DNA of 63,850 bases, counting the filler, from Octopus bimaculoides (taxonomy: Eukaryota), in the NCBI RefSeq assembly GCF_001194135.2. It is 8 parts of 7 records of this genome, joined end to end, with 100 filler letters (N's around TTAATTAATTAA, not from the genome) between each part and the next. Parts side by side here need not be neighbours in the genome. Positions count along the whole stretch, not along the records: positions 51,122 to 52,958 come from NC_068998.1; positions 53,059 to 62,179 come from NC_068988.1; positions 62,280 to 63,850 come from NW_026411431.1; 5 more parts are not named here. The stretch is one strand, 5' to 3'. A program made the position numbers and the translations under genes. This document shows positions 51,122-63,850 of this stretch, one piece after another; positions within the stretch are counted from its first letter, which is position 1; each line of letters opens with the position of its first letter. The notes under the pieces were generated by a model. The model was not told the origin of the DNA. It ran no database searches and saw only the letters and a list, made by a program, of their open reading frames with translations.

Positions 51122-52365
51122 TATATATATATATATATATGGGAATTCAATCTGAAAGGATATTGCAATGAAGACCCTGCAGAGAAGAAACTTCAAGTGC
51201 AACAGTTACTAAGCGACATAGTTGAAACATATGTAGGTGAATAATAAGTTGTGTTTAAACGAAAATTTGAGGGGAGGGGACTAGTCGATTACATCGACCC
51301 CAGTATCTGAACTTCAAACGTCCAGCCTTGACATATTGCGTGTCCTTGCTGAATGTCCACGAGAACTTTCGTTAAAGGTACGTGGAGTGCTAAGCTTCTT
51401 GCATTTTAATTTCTCAAGCTGGCTGTCCTGTTCATGGGATCAACTGAATCTCTTGTCGTTGCAACCGACACAGTGCCAGTTTATTAAAATAGCAAGCTTC
51501 AATTATATGACCCCTGACATAACATTCGACACCCCGAACATAAGAGCAGCAATAGCGATAGATAAAATCTTTAATGATTATATACAATTCACCAGTGAAC
51601 TTCGATGGGTTTCATGGGGGAGTGTTAATATTAACTTGCATCACCTCTAATCTCTGCTGATCTCTACTAATCTCTGCTAATCTGGAGAAATCTCTAGACA
51701 GAGGCTCTATGTACCTGTACATGTTCTTCCCCTGTCTGTCATCTCAGTTTTCAAAGAGAGGAACTAAGCCCCTTGAAGTAGCTTACCGTCCGATCTTATT
51801 TCCTTCTCTTATTATTTAAGAAGTTGTGAGGGTGGTGAGATAAAAGAAAGGAAGAAAAAAAAAGAGGTGACACTTGTTAGAAAGCAACTATCTCCTAAAT
51901 CCAAACCAGCATGATTTCTGTGGTAGAGACTGCTTAAAACAGATTCTGCACTACCTTGATGACAAGACATTTTAAATGCTTAGGGAAAGAGTTCCAACAT
52001 ATAAATCATACATTTTGACTTCAGTACAGCGTTTGACAGAGTCGACCGTGGCATACTGCAAAAGCAAAAAGAAAAACTAACCAGCATTGGAGGAGTCTGT
52101 AGAAATCTATTGCAATTGGATGAGGTGTTTCCTAACAAACAGAATCGAACGTATTACGATCGACAGTTGCCTGTTCAATCTCTAAAGAAGACATGAATGA
52201 TTTCACTCAAGATACTGTTTTTCGGGGGTTTTTTTTAAAAACTCTTCTGTTAACAGAATCATTAAAGCGTTTGGAAGATGATTAAAAGAATTAGGTGATA
52301 GACGAAATACCGTTAAGCATTTCGTCCGGTGTGCTACCGCTTCTGCCAGCTCACCGCCTTTACGT

Positions 52366-52474
52366 TACCGTTTTCCATCGTATATAAGATGTATCCATGT
52401 ATAAGTCGCATCTTAGTGCTTTCAATTAAAATCTAGAATAAAATAGTGCGGCTTATATACGAGTAATTACGGTA
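52366..52474. mobile_element. 109-bp Tc1/mariner (pogo/Tigger-like) MITE
   Basis: Ends TACCGTTTTCCATCGTATATAAG and CTTATATACGAGTAATTACGGTA (17/23 complementary) with TA at both ends. Confidence 0.55.
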
Positions 52475-52588
52475 CATATTATATAGGCATGCATGCATAT
52501 AAAAACTCTTACATATATGTGCACACATGAATATGCATATATACATATGGGTGTATTCATTGTTTCTGCTAAGTATTAATAAAAATTA

Positions 52589-52919
52589 TAGTCCCACTGC
52601 GTGGCACTTTGGGGATGTATCTTCTACTATAGCTTCGGCCGACCAAAGGCTTGTGAGTGGATTTGGTAGGCGGAAACTGAAAGAAGCCTGTCGTATATAT
52701 ATATATATATATTTGTTTGTGTGTCTGTGTTTGTCACCCCTCCCCCATCACTTGACAACCAATGTTGGTGTGTTTACGTTCCCGTAACTTAGCGGTTCGG
52801 CAAAAGACACCGATAGAATAAGTACTAGGCTTACAAAAAATAAGTCCTGGGGACGATTTATTCAACTAAAGGCAGTGCTCTAGCATGGCCGCAGTCAAAT
52901 GACTGAAACAAGTAAAAAT
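52589..52919 (+). mobile_element. SINE family 1 (5' truncated)
   Basis: Homology to the family. Additional partial copies at 1661-1950 (+), 7319-7477 (-), 27915-28040 (+), 41417-41578 (-), 47948-48270 (+) and 49111-49200 (-). Confidence 0.8.
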
Positions 52920-52958
52920 ATATAAGTATACTCATATTTTGAGTTCTATTTTTCGTAT

Positions 52959-53058
52959 NNNNNNNNNNNNNNNNNNNNNNNNNNNNNNNNNNNNNNNNNN
53001 NNTTAATTAATTAANNNNNNNNNNNNNNNNNNNNNNNNNNNNNNNNNNNNNNNNNNNN
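52959..53058. other. Synthetic scaffold-join spacer
   Basis: 44 N + TTAATTAATTAA (53003-53014) + 44 N. Confidence 0.95.
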
Positions 53059-53124
<66 letters not shown>

Positions 53125-54149
53125 TGCACACACACAAACAAACAAACAAATAAAGGCACTCAGACCAAGAGTTGAAAATAACTACAATACATTTCAATAT
53201 TTGCCATTTACTATAGACATGTATCTGGAAGTATTTAACACGAGTTAATAGTATCAATACCTGCAAAAACATTTACTTTGTTGAATAAATATCAACCGCG
53301 AATCGAAATGAGATCCTCGGATCTCTCGGTTTTTCCTTATAATGTTCTCTCATCAAATAACTGAATAACGACAGTGATAAGTTACCGCTAAAACACTCAA
53401 ACGAGACAAGATTTATTGGAAACTATTATAGCTGTTCGAAAATGTCAGCAAGATGAGACACGCTGTTAATAGAAGTAACACTATACAATGCCATACGGAG
53501 TAAAGATAAAATAAATAAACATCAAATTTCTTTTTTTTTTCATCGCCGTTACAATAAAGTGTATATGTTTTTATAAAAATAAAGAATATTTCTGGAATGT
53601 CCTAGTAAATACCTCTCTAAACAGAGCCTTCATTGTTCTTGTGGACAGAGGTCAGGAACTATGCGAGCATATACATACAAGTTACTTATTTATGGAACAG
53701 ATGACAATGTTTATGAGTAAGCGTATGAAGAAACATTCAAAGATTCCAGATTCTAGGATGTACCTACGTTGTTGCTCTTGAATATATTAACAAATTTGTT
53801 CAATAAATAGTAAGCAAGCCTCTTATGTTCCTCTGGGAAAACATTTATGGAATTAATTTGATTCTGGCTTATCTGAAAATAGCAAATGAAGAGACTCCCA
53901 GAAAAATTTGCAACGCGTAGATCTATGCATGTGGTCTGATAAATGTGGCTCTCAGAGTGTCGACAGACCGAAATGCTGCATGTCCGTACTTTGTAGTTAC
54001 TATATCGCATACATTTGACACTATCCAATGCTTTTAAATAAATAAGTAATACGTAAGTAACATATGAAGGATAATATAGTAGAAGTAATGTAACCCAGAA
54101 CAGACAATATAAGAAATAATACCTTGCTTCTTAGCCCAATCATTCGTTG

Positions 54150-54223
54150 AACCAAACGGCGCAGTGGAAGCATGCCGGACCTTTCTAACTTAGAAGTCCG
54201 TTAATCAAAACTACGCTCTAAGA
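54150..54223 (+). pseudogene. Decayed initiator tRNA-Met copy
   Basis: GGCGCAGTGGAAGCATGCCGGACC...TAACTTAGAAGTCCGTTAATCAAAACTACGCTCT aligns with metazoan tRNA-iMet (GGCGCAGTGGAAGCGTGCTGGGCCCATAACCCAGAGGTCCG..GATCGAAACC..GCTCT). Acceptor stem and CAT anticodon are destroyed. Confidence 0.6.
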
Positions 54224-55142
54224 AGAAATGGATACTATTTTTGATATTTATATATCGCAACTGAGCAGCTCTGGATTCACCATTAAGCACGTGCTTAGGG
54301 CATCAAGGGATGGGAAAAGGACACAGCAGAAATGGTAAATCGTTTACGGCACAAAAATTTCTTTAAACTTGTTAAAATAATATTCGAAGTGGTTTATATG
54401 ATCGGAAATATAATTTCGAAGTGTTTTCTGCAATTAAACAAGTAGATAACTTTTCAAAGATGTATATAAAGTGGAAGAATACAAAAATAAACGTTATTTT
54501 CCATCTTACTAATAGTTTTGTTTCGTTTTGAAAAGTAAGAATTTATTTTATAGTTTATTATTGCTTATATTTTGAATTACATATATAGAGGGACACCAAA
54601 TCTTTTAAGTACTTAGAGCTTCTACGGGTCTTAATCCGGCCCTGCAATTGAGTTATCTTTAGATATACCAACTATATGTATATACAAATACCTACAAGGA
54701 CAAAGTGCATATTATATAAAGCTGTTGAAATTTATATGGGATCAGCTGTCAGGGGAGGGCAGAGACGACGACGACGACGACAACAATAAAAGAACTTTTC
54801 GCTGAGTGTACTGTATAAACCGCTACAAGTGAGATTTCAAAATAATCTGTACTTTTCATTGTTTCAAACAATACAAGTAACGTTACTAAATATGCAACAC
54901 CCAATATAAATAGTTCAATAACAAGCTTCAAAAATGCGCTTCCCAAAAAATACTGCCGTTTTCTTTATTTCAGACAATGTAAATTATGTTCCCAAATATA
55001 CAACGTACACTATAAAAATGTTTAATATGCAATATTGTGCATACGTTACAATATATTAATAAATGAGTGCATTAACCACGCACTTAAACTATTCAATGCA
55101 TGTGGAAGAGACGACTGTATATGTGTGTGCGTGTATTAAGTG

Positions 55143-55178
<36 letters not shown>

Positions 55179-56179
55179 AGAAAGTTGGTATGTGAAAGCA
55201 CGTGGTTGGATGTATAAAAGATAATAAGAGTGAAAAAACTACAGAAAGTTTTTTCACTCTTATTATCTTTTATATATATANNNNNNNNNNNNNNNNNNNN
55301 NNNATAGTGAAGAAATAAAAAATGAAGCAGCATTTTCATTATTTGATATTTAATTTAATTACTCGTGTTTCAGATGGATCGGCAAGTCGCATCCGCTGTA
55401 CATTGAGGTTTGATCTACAGGATGATCGATTAGTGAACCACATGCACGGACCTGTTGAGTACTGAATCATTCTTTCTAAAGCTTTAATCGTTTAAATCAG
55501 ATTTTATGTTGGAAGATATACAATAAGATCTTGCGAAAGAGGGTAATATGAATTATCTACCTCAGGCTTGTCTCAATTTATTACTCTGTCTCCATTCTAT
55601 ATTATTTGGTGATAAGCTTTTTATATTTTTTTACTTTTTATCAGGTACTAGTAATTTAATGCCCTTGGGGAAGAGACAATGACCCTCTTCCAGTTAATTA
55701 GTCAAATATTGAAAGATTCCAAAACCCTTATATTCTTATTCATGCGTAAAGGCCAACCAAGCATTAGTCTACCGAGGTCTCCAGAAGGAAAATCCATCAC
55801 CAATAGTAATTCACTCCAAGACTACATTTGCAGCTTTGTATCGATGTCTACAATCAATAGATAAATGCCTTGTGGTATTTATTTACATCCCTCTAGGTTG
55901 TAATGTAATTTACCACCCAAAGAATCACTAATAAGGAAATTAACCAACAAGTAATTGCAGATTAAGATATTAACATATAGTAAATTATAAATTCATGATT
56001 TCATTAAAAACACAAGATGTAAATACTTTGTAATTTCCAAAGTATTTTAAATAATATGTAAACTGTCTTTAGAAAGAATTTCTAACTACGTAAATACAAC
56101 AGACTCGTAAAGTTTGTAGTTCTAATAAGTTTTTTTTTTTTTTTTGTTACTTTAGCACAGTCGTGATGTTTACGTCTGT

Positions 56180-56360
56180 GGAGGTGCAATGGCCCAGTGG
56201 TTAGGGCAGCGGACTCGCGATCATAGGATCGCGGTTTCGATTCCCAGACCAGGCGTTGTGAGTGTTTATTGAGCGAAAACACCTAAAGCTCCACGAGGCT
56301 CCGGCAGGGGATGGTAGCGAACCCTGCTGTACTCTTCCACCACAACTTTCTCTCACTCTT
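56180..56360 (+). mobile_element. SINE family 3, 5' part (runs into a gap)
   Basis: Near-identical to the head of 45934-46305. Body fragments also at 34821-35037 (+), 37490-37582 (-) and 51320-51470 (+); a related head at about 10586-10660. Confidence 0.8.
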
Positions 56361-59099
56361 NNNNNNNNNNNNNNNNNNNNNNNNNNNNNNNNNNNNNNNN
56401 NNNNNNNNNNNNNNNNNNNNNNNNNNNNNNNNNNNNNNNNNNNNNNNNNNNNNNNNNNNNNNNNNNNNNNNNNNNNNNNNNNNNNNNNNNNNNNNNNNNN
56501 NNNNNNNNNNNNNNNNNNNNNNNNNNNNNNNNNNNNNNNNNNNNNNNNNNNNNNNNNNNNNNNNNNNNNNNNNNNNNNNNNNNNNNNNNNNNNNNNNNNN
56601 NNNNNNNNNNNNNNNNNNNNNNNNNNNNNNNNNNNNNNNNNNNNNNNNNNNNNNNNNNNNNNNNNNNNNNNNNNNNNNNNNNNNNNNNNNNNNNNNNNNN
56701 NNNNNNNNNNNNNNNNNNNNNNNNNNNNNNNNNNNNNNNNNNNNNNNNNNNNNNNNNNNNNNNNNNNNNNNNNNNNNNNNNNNNNNNNNNNNNNNNNNNN
56801 NNNNNNNNNNNNNNNNNNNNNNNNNNNNNNNNNNNNNNNNNNNNNNNNNNNNNNNNNNNNNNNNNNNNNNNNNNNNNNNNNNNNNNNNNNNNNNNNNNNN
56901 NNNNNNNNNNNNNNNNNNNNNNNNNNNNNNNNNNNNNNNNNAACCATTTCATTATCGAGCGATGATGTCTTTTTAAATGGTTCTCTTACCTCATAATATT
57001 TATTTAGAAATTTTTCTACTGGTAATTTACTTGTTAAGATACTCCGAACTTTTAAATTTATAAGTATGGTTTCAACTGTTTTCGGCGGGTATAGTCATTG
57101 ATCCTACTTTAAGAAGACAGAGTTATCAATAAGTAACTTTTTTTTTTTTTGTTAATTTTACCTAAGAACAGAAATTGTATGATACGTTGTCACTCCATAT
57201 AAGTTCACTGAGATATGTCAACAAAGGCTCGACGAAGTTTCACTAATATAAGCTATGTTTATATCCAGACTAACAATGACATTTTGTACAACTACAATTT
57301 TAACAACGCAATGACAGTAACAATGCCTTCAATGATAACGACAACAACAACGACAACAAAACCAGGAAATACCGCTATCTTTCTTCCCAGGCCGACACAG
57401 AATATGTTTAAAGATAGACGCTTCATTTAAAAAAATATATATATACATATACTGTATTAATGTAACACGAAAACAAATTCTACATTTTGCAGTACAGCAT
57501 TCAATGTCATTAAAAACTACTTTACGGAGCTTAAAGAGTTTATCATCGCACGTACCATTCACATAACTATAAATAAGGAAAGATTTTTTTTTATTTTATT
57601 AGGATACAGAAAACCAGCATTTTAAATTATACTCAACTCAGACTTGACGGATCTTTTTACAATAGAAGTGGTCTTATAGCATACATAAAAATGAAGCATT
57701 CAATATATTCAAAATATAGATATTACAAATAGTATTCGCAGTTATTCAAGAAACAAGATTGCTCAAAAAATGAAGGCTCTCAAAATAAGAACCAGCACAT
57801 GATGCGCACTAAAATAATGAACACACACACACACACATGTATGTATATAAACATATATATAGAGTGTGTGCACTGTGAACAACGGTTCACAGGCTACACA
57901 CTCCATCTATAACATTTTAACACTCTTACAAACACCATCATAAGGAGAGAATTCGATGCACTCAACTCACGGTTTTCAAATACTTTCGATAGCAAAAAGG
58001 TAGCTTAATTGCACCACAGCAAAACTTTTTCTTTTACACACTAAACCAGCCACGGGCAAACAGCGGCCCGTGGGACTTTCTGAAAGGCATGCCTAACGAA
58101 AAATTACCTTGAATATTTTTTGTAGTAATGCTGCCCGCCTGATGATAAGCTATGTCTCATGCGGGCCTCTTCTCGAAAAATGTCTGCCCTAAACATTACA
58201 CGCAAACATACTTACATCTCACCAGTCCAATAGCAATAAGTCTTTCACAGCTCCGCACGCCTAACTACGAGAACCACATGACAAACAATCACTCAACTTC
58301 CCCGGACCCCCTACTACTTATGATTACAATGAACTCCATCAAGAAACAGAATCGAGGTTATCAGAATTTAACAACTCCAGGATCACCAGCATAGACACAG
58401 CAAGATATGTATGCAACAAAATAATTGTAGACGCATCCAAAAATTACATTCTATGAAGCAACATAAAAACCTATAAACTCACTTATACACCAGAAATAGG
58501 CAACCTCATAAAAATAAGAGGCAACATCAAACACAATTCACCGAAAACACACATACAGCAAAAATAAATCTCAGCATCAAACAACTAAAGAACAGAATGA
58601 TATAAAATTAACCACGCACAAAAAAAAAAAGAAAAAAAAACTGGAAAACATTTGTATCCAATATATACAATGTAGAGTAATTAGCATCACCGACAACAAA
58701 AACAGCAGTCACACCACATCCTAATTCACAGTAACAAACTTCAAATAATATATCCACACTGCACCACTAGACAATTTCACTTATCAGACATTTGACGAAA
58801 ATCAACGACTAAAAATCAAAAGGAAACAGTTGCACAGAAAGAAAAATACGCACGATTTTGAAGCCCTTAACTTCCATCAGGCGCTCAAAAAGCAATAGAG
58901 AAATTTTAAACCTCTAAAACCTCAGGCCCAAATAAAATCACTAACATAACACCTAAATCGTACAGGCTCTCAAGAAATCACAACACCCAGCAATATTTAC
59001 AACTGCTAGCACCAACACTGCCGAAATTCCAAAATTTGGAACGAGAGAAAATTATAGCTATGTTAAAGTGTATCAAAAACTCAATTAAATTATTATGCC

Positions 59100-59600
59100 A
59101 ATCCTTTACTATATTCATACTAGAAATTTCTAGAGCGGCTAATCATTAACCCCATTTTTATTTCCGCTCTGATCCAGACCACTTCATTCTACCATATTAC
59201 TTGGCAACACTAACACAGAAAATATGCAAAAGCTTTAACAATGTTTCCACACGTACCATTCTAATTAGCATCGATATTAATAAAACTTTCGACTCTTTTC
59301 CTGCTATCCTTTTATAGCAAAATTATTCAGCTTCACCTTAAGAAAACACCAAAAATGTTAGCTGCCAAACTTGCCAGGCTTGTGTAGTGTATAAGAACAA
59401 TCCTTCCGGAAACTGCATTTTTCAAATAGTGTACCACATAGATCTGTCCTCTTACCCATTCTTATCCAACGTATAAGCTTTTCACACCATCACAAGACAT
59501 GCAAACAGCTTCCTGCGCAGATGACATCACACATTCTCCGACTATCCACCTGGGGCTGTTGCACAGTTCCTTCAAACCTACACAAATCACTTAGAAACCT
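59100..59600 (+). pseudogene. Highly decayed non-LTR retrotransposon RT fragment
   Basis: SIDINKTFDS (59267; cf. LDISKAFD), SVPHRSVLLPIL (59428; cf. GVPQGSVLSPIL) and SCADDIT (59511; cf. YADD), correctly ordered in three different frames. Confidence 0.65.
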
Positions 59601-59981
59601 GCTCTACGTCGATAGACACAAAGTAGCGCCAATACTCCAGCCATTCGCTTCTTTCCAACAACTTTAGAGGAAATACAAAAGCGGTGAGCTGGCGGAATTG
59701 TCACCGCGTCGGACAAAATGCTTAGTGGCATTTCTTCCGACTTTACGTTCTTAGTTCAAATGCCACCAAAGTCGACTTTGCCTTTCTTTCTTTCGGAGTC
59801 GATAAAGTAAGTACCAGTTGAGTAATGGAGTCGATGTAATCGACTGACCCCATTCCCAGAAATTGCTGGCCTTGTGCCAAAATTCGAAACCAACATTAGA
59901 GTAAATGCAACTAGTCACCACACTCAAAAACATAAACACACAACACACACACACTCACTCACACACACACATACACATGCA

Positions 59982-60019
<38 letters not shown>

Positions 60020-60220
60020 AAATACAAACACAAAACTGCTAAGCGTTACATACAGTACTTCCAGAATATTCGGTACACAAATCGGTACACAAACATATTG
60101 AATGTAATTGTCTTTGCCCAGAAGCAATAACAATGGAATAACGTTGTTTTGTAGATAATATTTTAGATCTATCATGGACTAACCATCACAAGGTCCAGTT
60201 ATTGTTCAGTGGCGCCTAAA

Positions 60221-61000
60221 TGACCTGCTAGGGCATCCCACGCTAGACAGGTCAAAAGATACAAACCAGACTGTTATGAACCACCTCTTCCCTGACTTAA
60301 AAATGGGTTTGCGTAGGGCCAACATCCCTATCTAGATAAAAGCAAAGTTACGGAAACATCGATGACAAAACCAGCACGACATGAGAAAGGAAAGCCTTCT
60401 CTTGAGGATAGTTATGACGAGGTGCAACAAAGTGCGATAAGAAATTGCAAGAAAATACAAACATCCAACAGCAAAGAAGCAAAAAAGACAGCTCAGAGTC
60501 GGGAACAGCGGCAAAAATTCGTGGATAACCTATGCCCCATAGTGAGTGAAGGGTTTTTCAAAAAGATATTGATAGAATATCATGGACTAGGCTACTTCAC
60601 TTTCCAGAGCAGATTACAAAGAACATAACGAGCCAAAGAGGAAGCCTTTGTGTTGTCGCTCGACCTCTAAGAAATAGTAACCAAATATACCCCAAATTAA
60701 ACTCTACCTTCTTAAAATCGAAAGTCACATTGTACAACGTATGGAACTCTAAATGCACAATGTCCGAAAAAAGAGGGAATGGTTATAGTTGGAGTGTCTC
60801 TGATCAAAGATACGCCCAGTAAGTCTGACTTGGAATTAAACAGCAGCAAAAACTACAAAGAATCCAGAACAAGCACTATTCCTCATAACAGGCCGTATAC
60901 AAACTACACATACAGACTACCCACACCACAAAGCTAAAACACTAAAAGTGAAAGACCAGCAGGACATGCTAGAGAGAGTCTGCTGCTTCAACAAGTTTAA
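60221..61000 (+). mobile_element. Possible decayed 5' region and APE endonuclease start of an RTE-like LINE
   Basis: GGGTTTGCGTAGGGCCAACATCCC...GTTACGGAAAC resembles RTE 5' UTR motifs as I recall them. Frameshifted YNVW-TLN and VIVGVS resemble APE motifs TYNVRTL / DIVGISE. Confidence 0.35.
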
Positions 61001-61487
61001 ACTGCCATAGTCTCTGTCTCTAGATGATAGGCTAACTCCAAGACACCCAGTCACCCAGAATTCTAATACAACAGCCTTAAATTTATATANNNNNNNNNNN
61101 NNNNNNNNNNNNNTCATATGATATCTCCACAATGTGTTGATGAGAAAAACATGTAATCGCTACCAATATAGCAAGAGATTTCTCCGCAAAAGTCTAAAGT
61201 AGACTCCTTAAGGATCGATCTCCTTGGTTATATATCAAAAATTTTAATTTAAAAGAGAGTTTTGACGCTGATATCCATTATTATTGAAATTTATTCCTAT
61301 GTCAACATTTCTGTATAAGGCTATATTTAACTGTCAAATTCAAGTCAAATATATAATTTACCTTACACATCTTCAGGGAAAAAGGTAAAGAACAAGAAGT
61401 AAACACCAAAAAGAGCGGAAATGCACATTGAATATCAAAAGAAATAAAGGCTTTTTTAATGAAAAGTAGCGATAAATAAATACAACC

Positions 61488-62174
61488 AGATGAACTGAGG
61501 TAGAATTAAGAGGAATTAAATTCATTGTTTTGAATTGTTAAAGAGATTCAAAGTCAAACCGGTGTCATCTTTACTGTTCACTGGCTTTGAATGCGCACCG
61601 ATTATCAAACGGTGTCGGGTCTACTAGTCCCTGAGTAAAAACATTGTGTAAGTGGGGTAAGAATATCACTCCGTCGAAGAACCACTCTCCACAAAGAACA
61701 AATCCGCCACCCACAATACAGACAGATACAGGTCAGTGAACATATAAATAGGTGTGCTAGGAACCTTAATCCTAATTTCCTAATTTTCCCCTTCTATCAT
61801 TGTACACAGAACACCTCAGTACAGCAAAAAATGAATAAAGAAGCAACTATCATCAATAAATATATCCACAACTTAACTTGAAGACAACATAATACAGAAC
61901 ACTACTAACCTTACCAATAATGCCACTAACTCCCATACATTCCTTATACCATTCATATTACAGTATTATATCGGCCCTAATTGCACCACGTCCAGAACTA
62001 CTTATCTCCCTTACACAATCTTTTTACTCGGGGACTAGTAGACCCGACACCGTTTGATAATCGGTGTGCATTCAAAACCAGTGAACAGCAAAGACGACAC
62101 CGGTTTGACTTTGAATCTCTTTAACAATTCAAAATAATGAATTTAATTAATCTTAATTCTACCTCAGTTCATCT
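61488..62174. repeat. Inverted repeat pair with 165-bp arms (possible foldback or MITE)
   Basis: 61488-61652 is the near reverse complement of 62010-62174, with a spacer of about 357 bp; the right arm ends 5 nt before a scaffold join. Confidence 0.8.
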
Positions 62175-62179
62175 AAATG

Positions 62180-62279
62180 NNNNNNNNNNNNNNNNNNNNN
62201 NNNNNNNNNNNNNNNNNNNNNNNTTAATTAATTAANNNNNNNNNNNNNNNNNNNNNNNNNNNNNNNNNNNNNNNNNNNN
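62180..62279. other. Synthetic scaffold-join spacer
   Basis: 44 N + TTAATTAATTAA (62224-62235) + 44 N. Confidence 0.95.
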
Positions 62280-62652
62280 ATATACAGAGACATATATAGA
62301 TATATCTATATATATATGCATTACTATATATCTATATAGAAATATATGTGTGTCTATGTCTCTGTGTGCGTATGTATATATATATATATAAATACACACA
62401 CACAGGCATGCACTTGTGACAGTAGCAGATGTTCACAAATGTATAAACACACAGAGAAATACATACGGCAGAATTATTGAAATACAAGTGAATCGGAATG
62501 AGCAGATGGAGATGAACACAGATTTCTTTGTTGGACGTCGAAGGAAAATGGACAAGAAGTCAAGAAAACGGATTAAGTATAACAAAATAGAAAGGGAAGA
62601 GTGAATAGATAGTCTTGGAAACAGAAGACTGGAGCAGAACGAGATGTGGCAA

Positions 62653-62702
<50 letters not shown>

Positions 62703-63086
62703 GCAACAACATTAGTGATAGCAGTAGAGGCATCAGCAGGAGTAAGACTCTTATTAAGAAAGGTGATTTTTTTTTTCTCTGTGTGCCATAAAATAACGTT
62801 CCACTTCTGACTTTTCACTGTCTCAATTCAACAATTGTCGTTAAACCAATTAAAGACTATTCACACATTTTGATGAAGCTCTATACAAACTTTTCTATAT
62901 TTATTTATTCATTCTTTTCCTTTAAATTTATTTCCGATCTGATTTGGAACTAGTTGCGTATTATTACTATTATTATTGTTGTTGTTGTTTTTGTTGTTGA
63001 TGATGTTGTCATCGTCATCATCATCATCATCATCATCACCACCACCATCATCATCATCATCATCACCACCACCACCACCATCATCG

Positions 63087-63119
<33 letters not shown>

Positions 63120-63715
63120 GGATCAATGACATTACTATTATTGTTATTGTTGTTATTGTTGTTATTGTTTCTATTTTTATAAATATCGTGATAATGACGA
63201 CGCCCTCATCTTCGTCATCATCGTCGTCGTCATTAATTTTATCATCAACAACACTTACGATATGGATATTATTATTGTTGTCATTATTGATTTCTCATTA
63301 ATTATGGCTTCATGTCGATGAATAATGAAGATTCTAACTGATTACCAAGTTTAGCCTTTAATGTTCGGCTTGGGTTTGTCATATTAAAGCCTTACAGAGT
63401 GCGCAGCAATCTGCCAACAGGACCTTCTCAGTACTGAGCATTCTTATGTAAAGTGTAAATCTCTGCTTGCAAAGCAGAGTATTTGCGAATATTCGATCAT
63501 ATTTATTATTCATTATATATATATTTATATGCATTTATTATTGATAATATTTACATTTATATATATTTATTATCAGCGACTTTATCTTTCATCATTTAGG
63601 GGTCGATAAAATAAGTACCAGTTGATCACTGGTGTCGGCGTAACCGACTTACCAGCACCCTAGAAATTGTTGGCTTTGTACCAAAATTTGAAATCATCAT
63701 CATCATCATCATCAA

Positions 63716-63824
<109 letters not shown>

Positions 63825-63850
63825 TTATGTTTGACTTTTGTTTTGCATTT

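Noticed and set aside
53581-54028. Possible coding or transposon relic (ORF 53753..54028 and plus-strand fragments)
   Set aside because: Multiple stops and no motif I could identify with confidence.
56180-56255. tRNA genes at SINE heads (also 9064, 22400-22468, 46230-46305)
   Set aside because: A and B boxes are present but there is no complete cloverleaf, and they run directly into SINE bodies.
62573-62818. Poly-Ala/Gln/Ser-coding exon at the (GCA)n tract
   Set aside because: No convincing splice sites or recognisable flanking domain; treated as a microsatellite.

Overview
AT-rich, microsatellite-dense, gappy animal genomic DNA. The repeat families and the zinc-finger style fit an octopus (coleoid cephalopod) assembly best; that assignment is an inference. 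The window is not one contiguous locus: seven identical 100-bp synthetic spacers (44 N + TTAATTAATTAA + 44 N) split it into eight joined pieces. Two protein-coding genes are well supported. One is a three-exon NUDT19-like Nudix acyl-CoA diphosphatase (35671-36522, 40230-40431, 40871-41058; 413 aa, ending in the peroxisomal signal SRL). The other is a KRAB-less 9-finger C2H2 zinc-finger ORF (43009-43788). Most of the rest is four tRNA-headed SINE families, RTE-type LINE relics and 3' tails, small MITEs, minisatellites and simple repeats. The most notable signals are: (i) four copies of a Penelope-like repeat carrying minimal hammerhead-ribozyme motifs with a compensatory change in helix II, one of them sense-oriented inside intron 2 of the Nudix gene; (ii) a 116-bp hairpin MITE next to the Nudix exon-1 donor, present twice with its interior flipped; (iii) a long foldback ending about 140 nt upstream of exon 2; (iv) a decayed initiator tRNA-Met copy. 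No CRISPR, rRNA or intact transposase/RT gene was found. All family names for repeats come from motif recognition, not from database searches.
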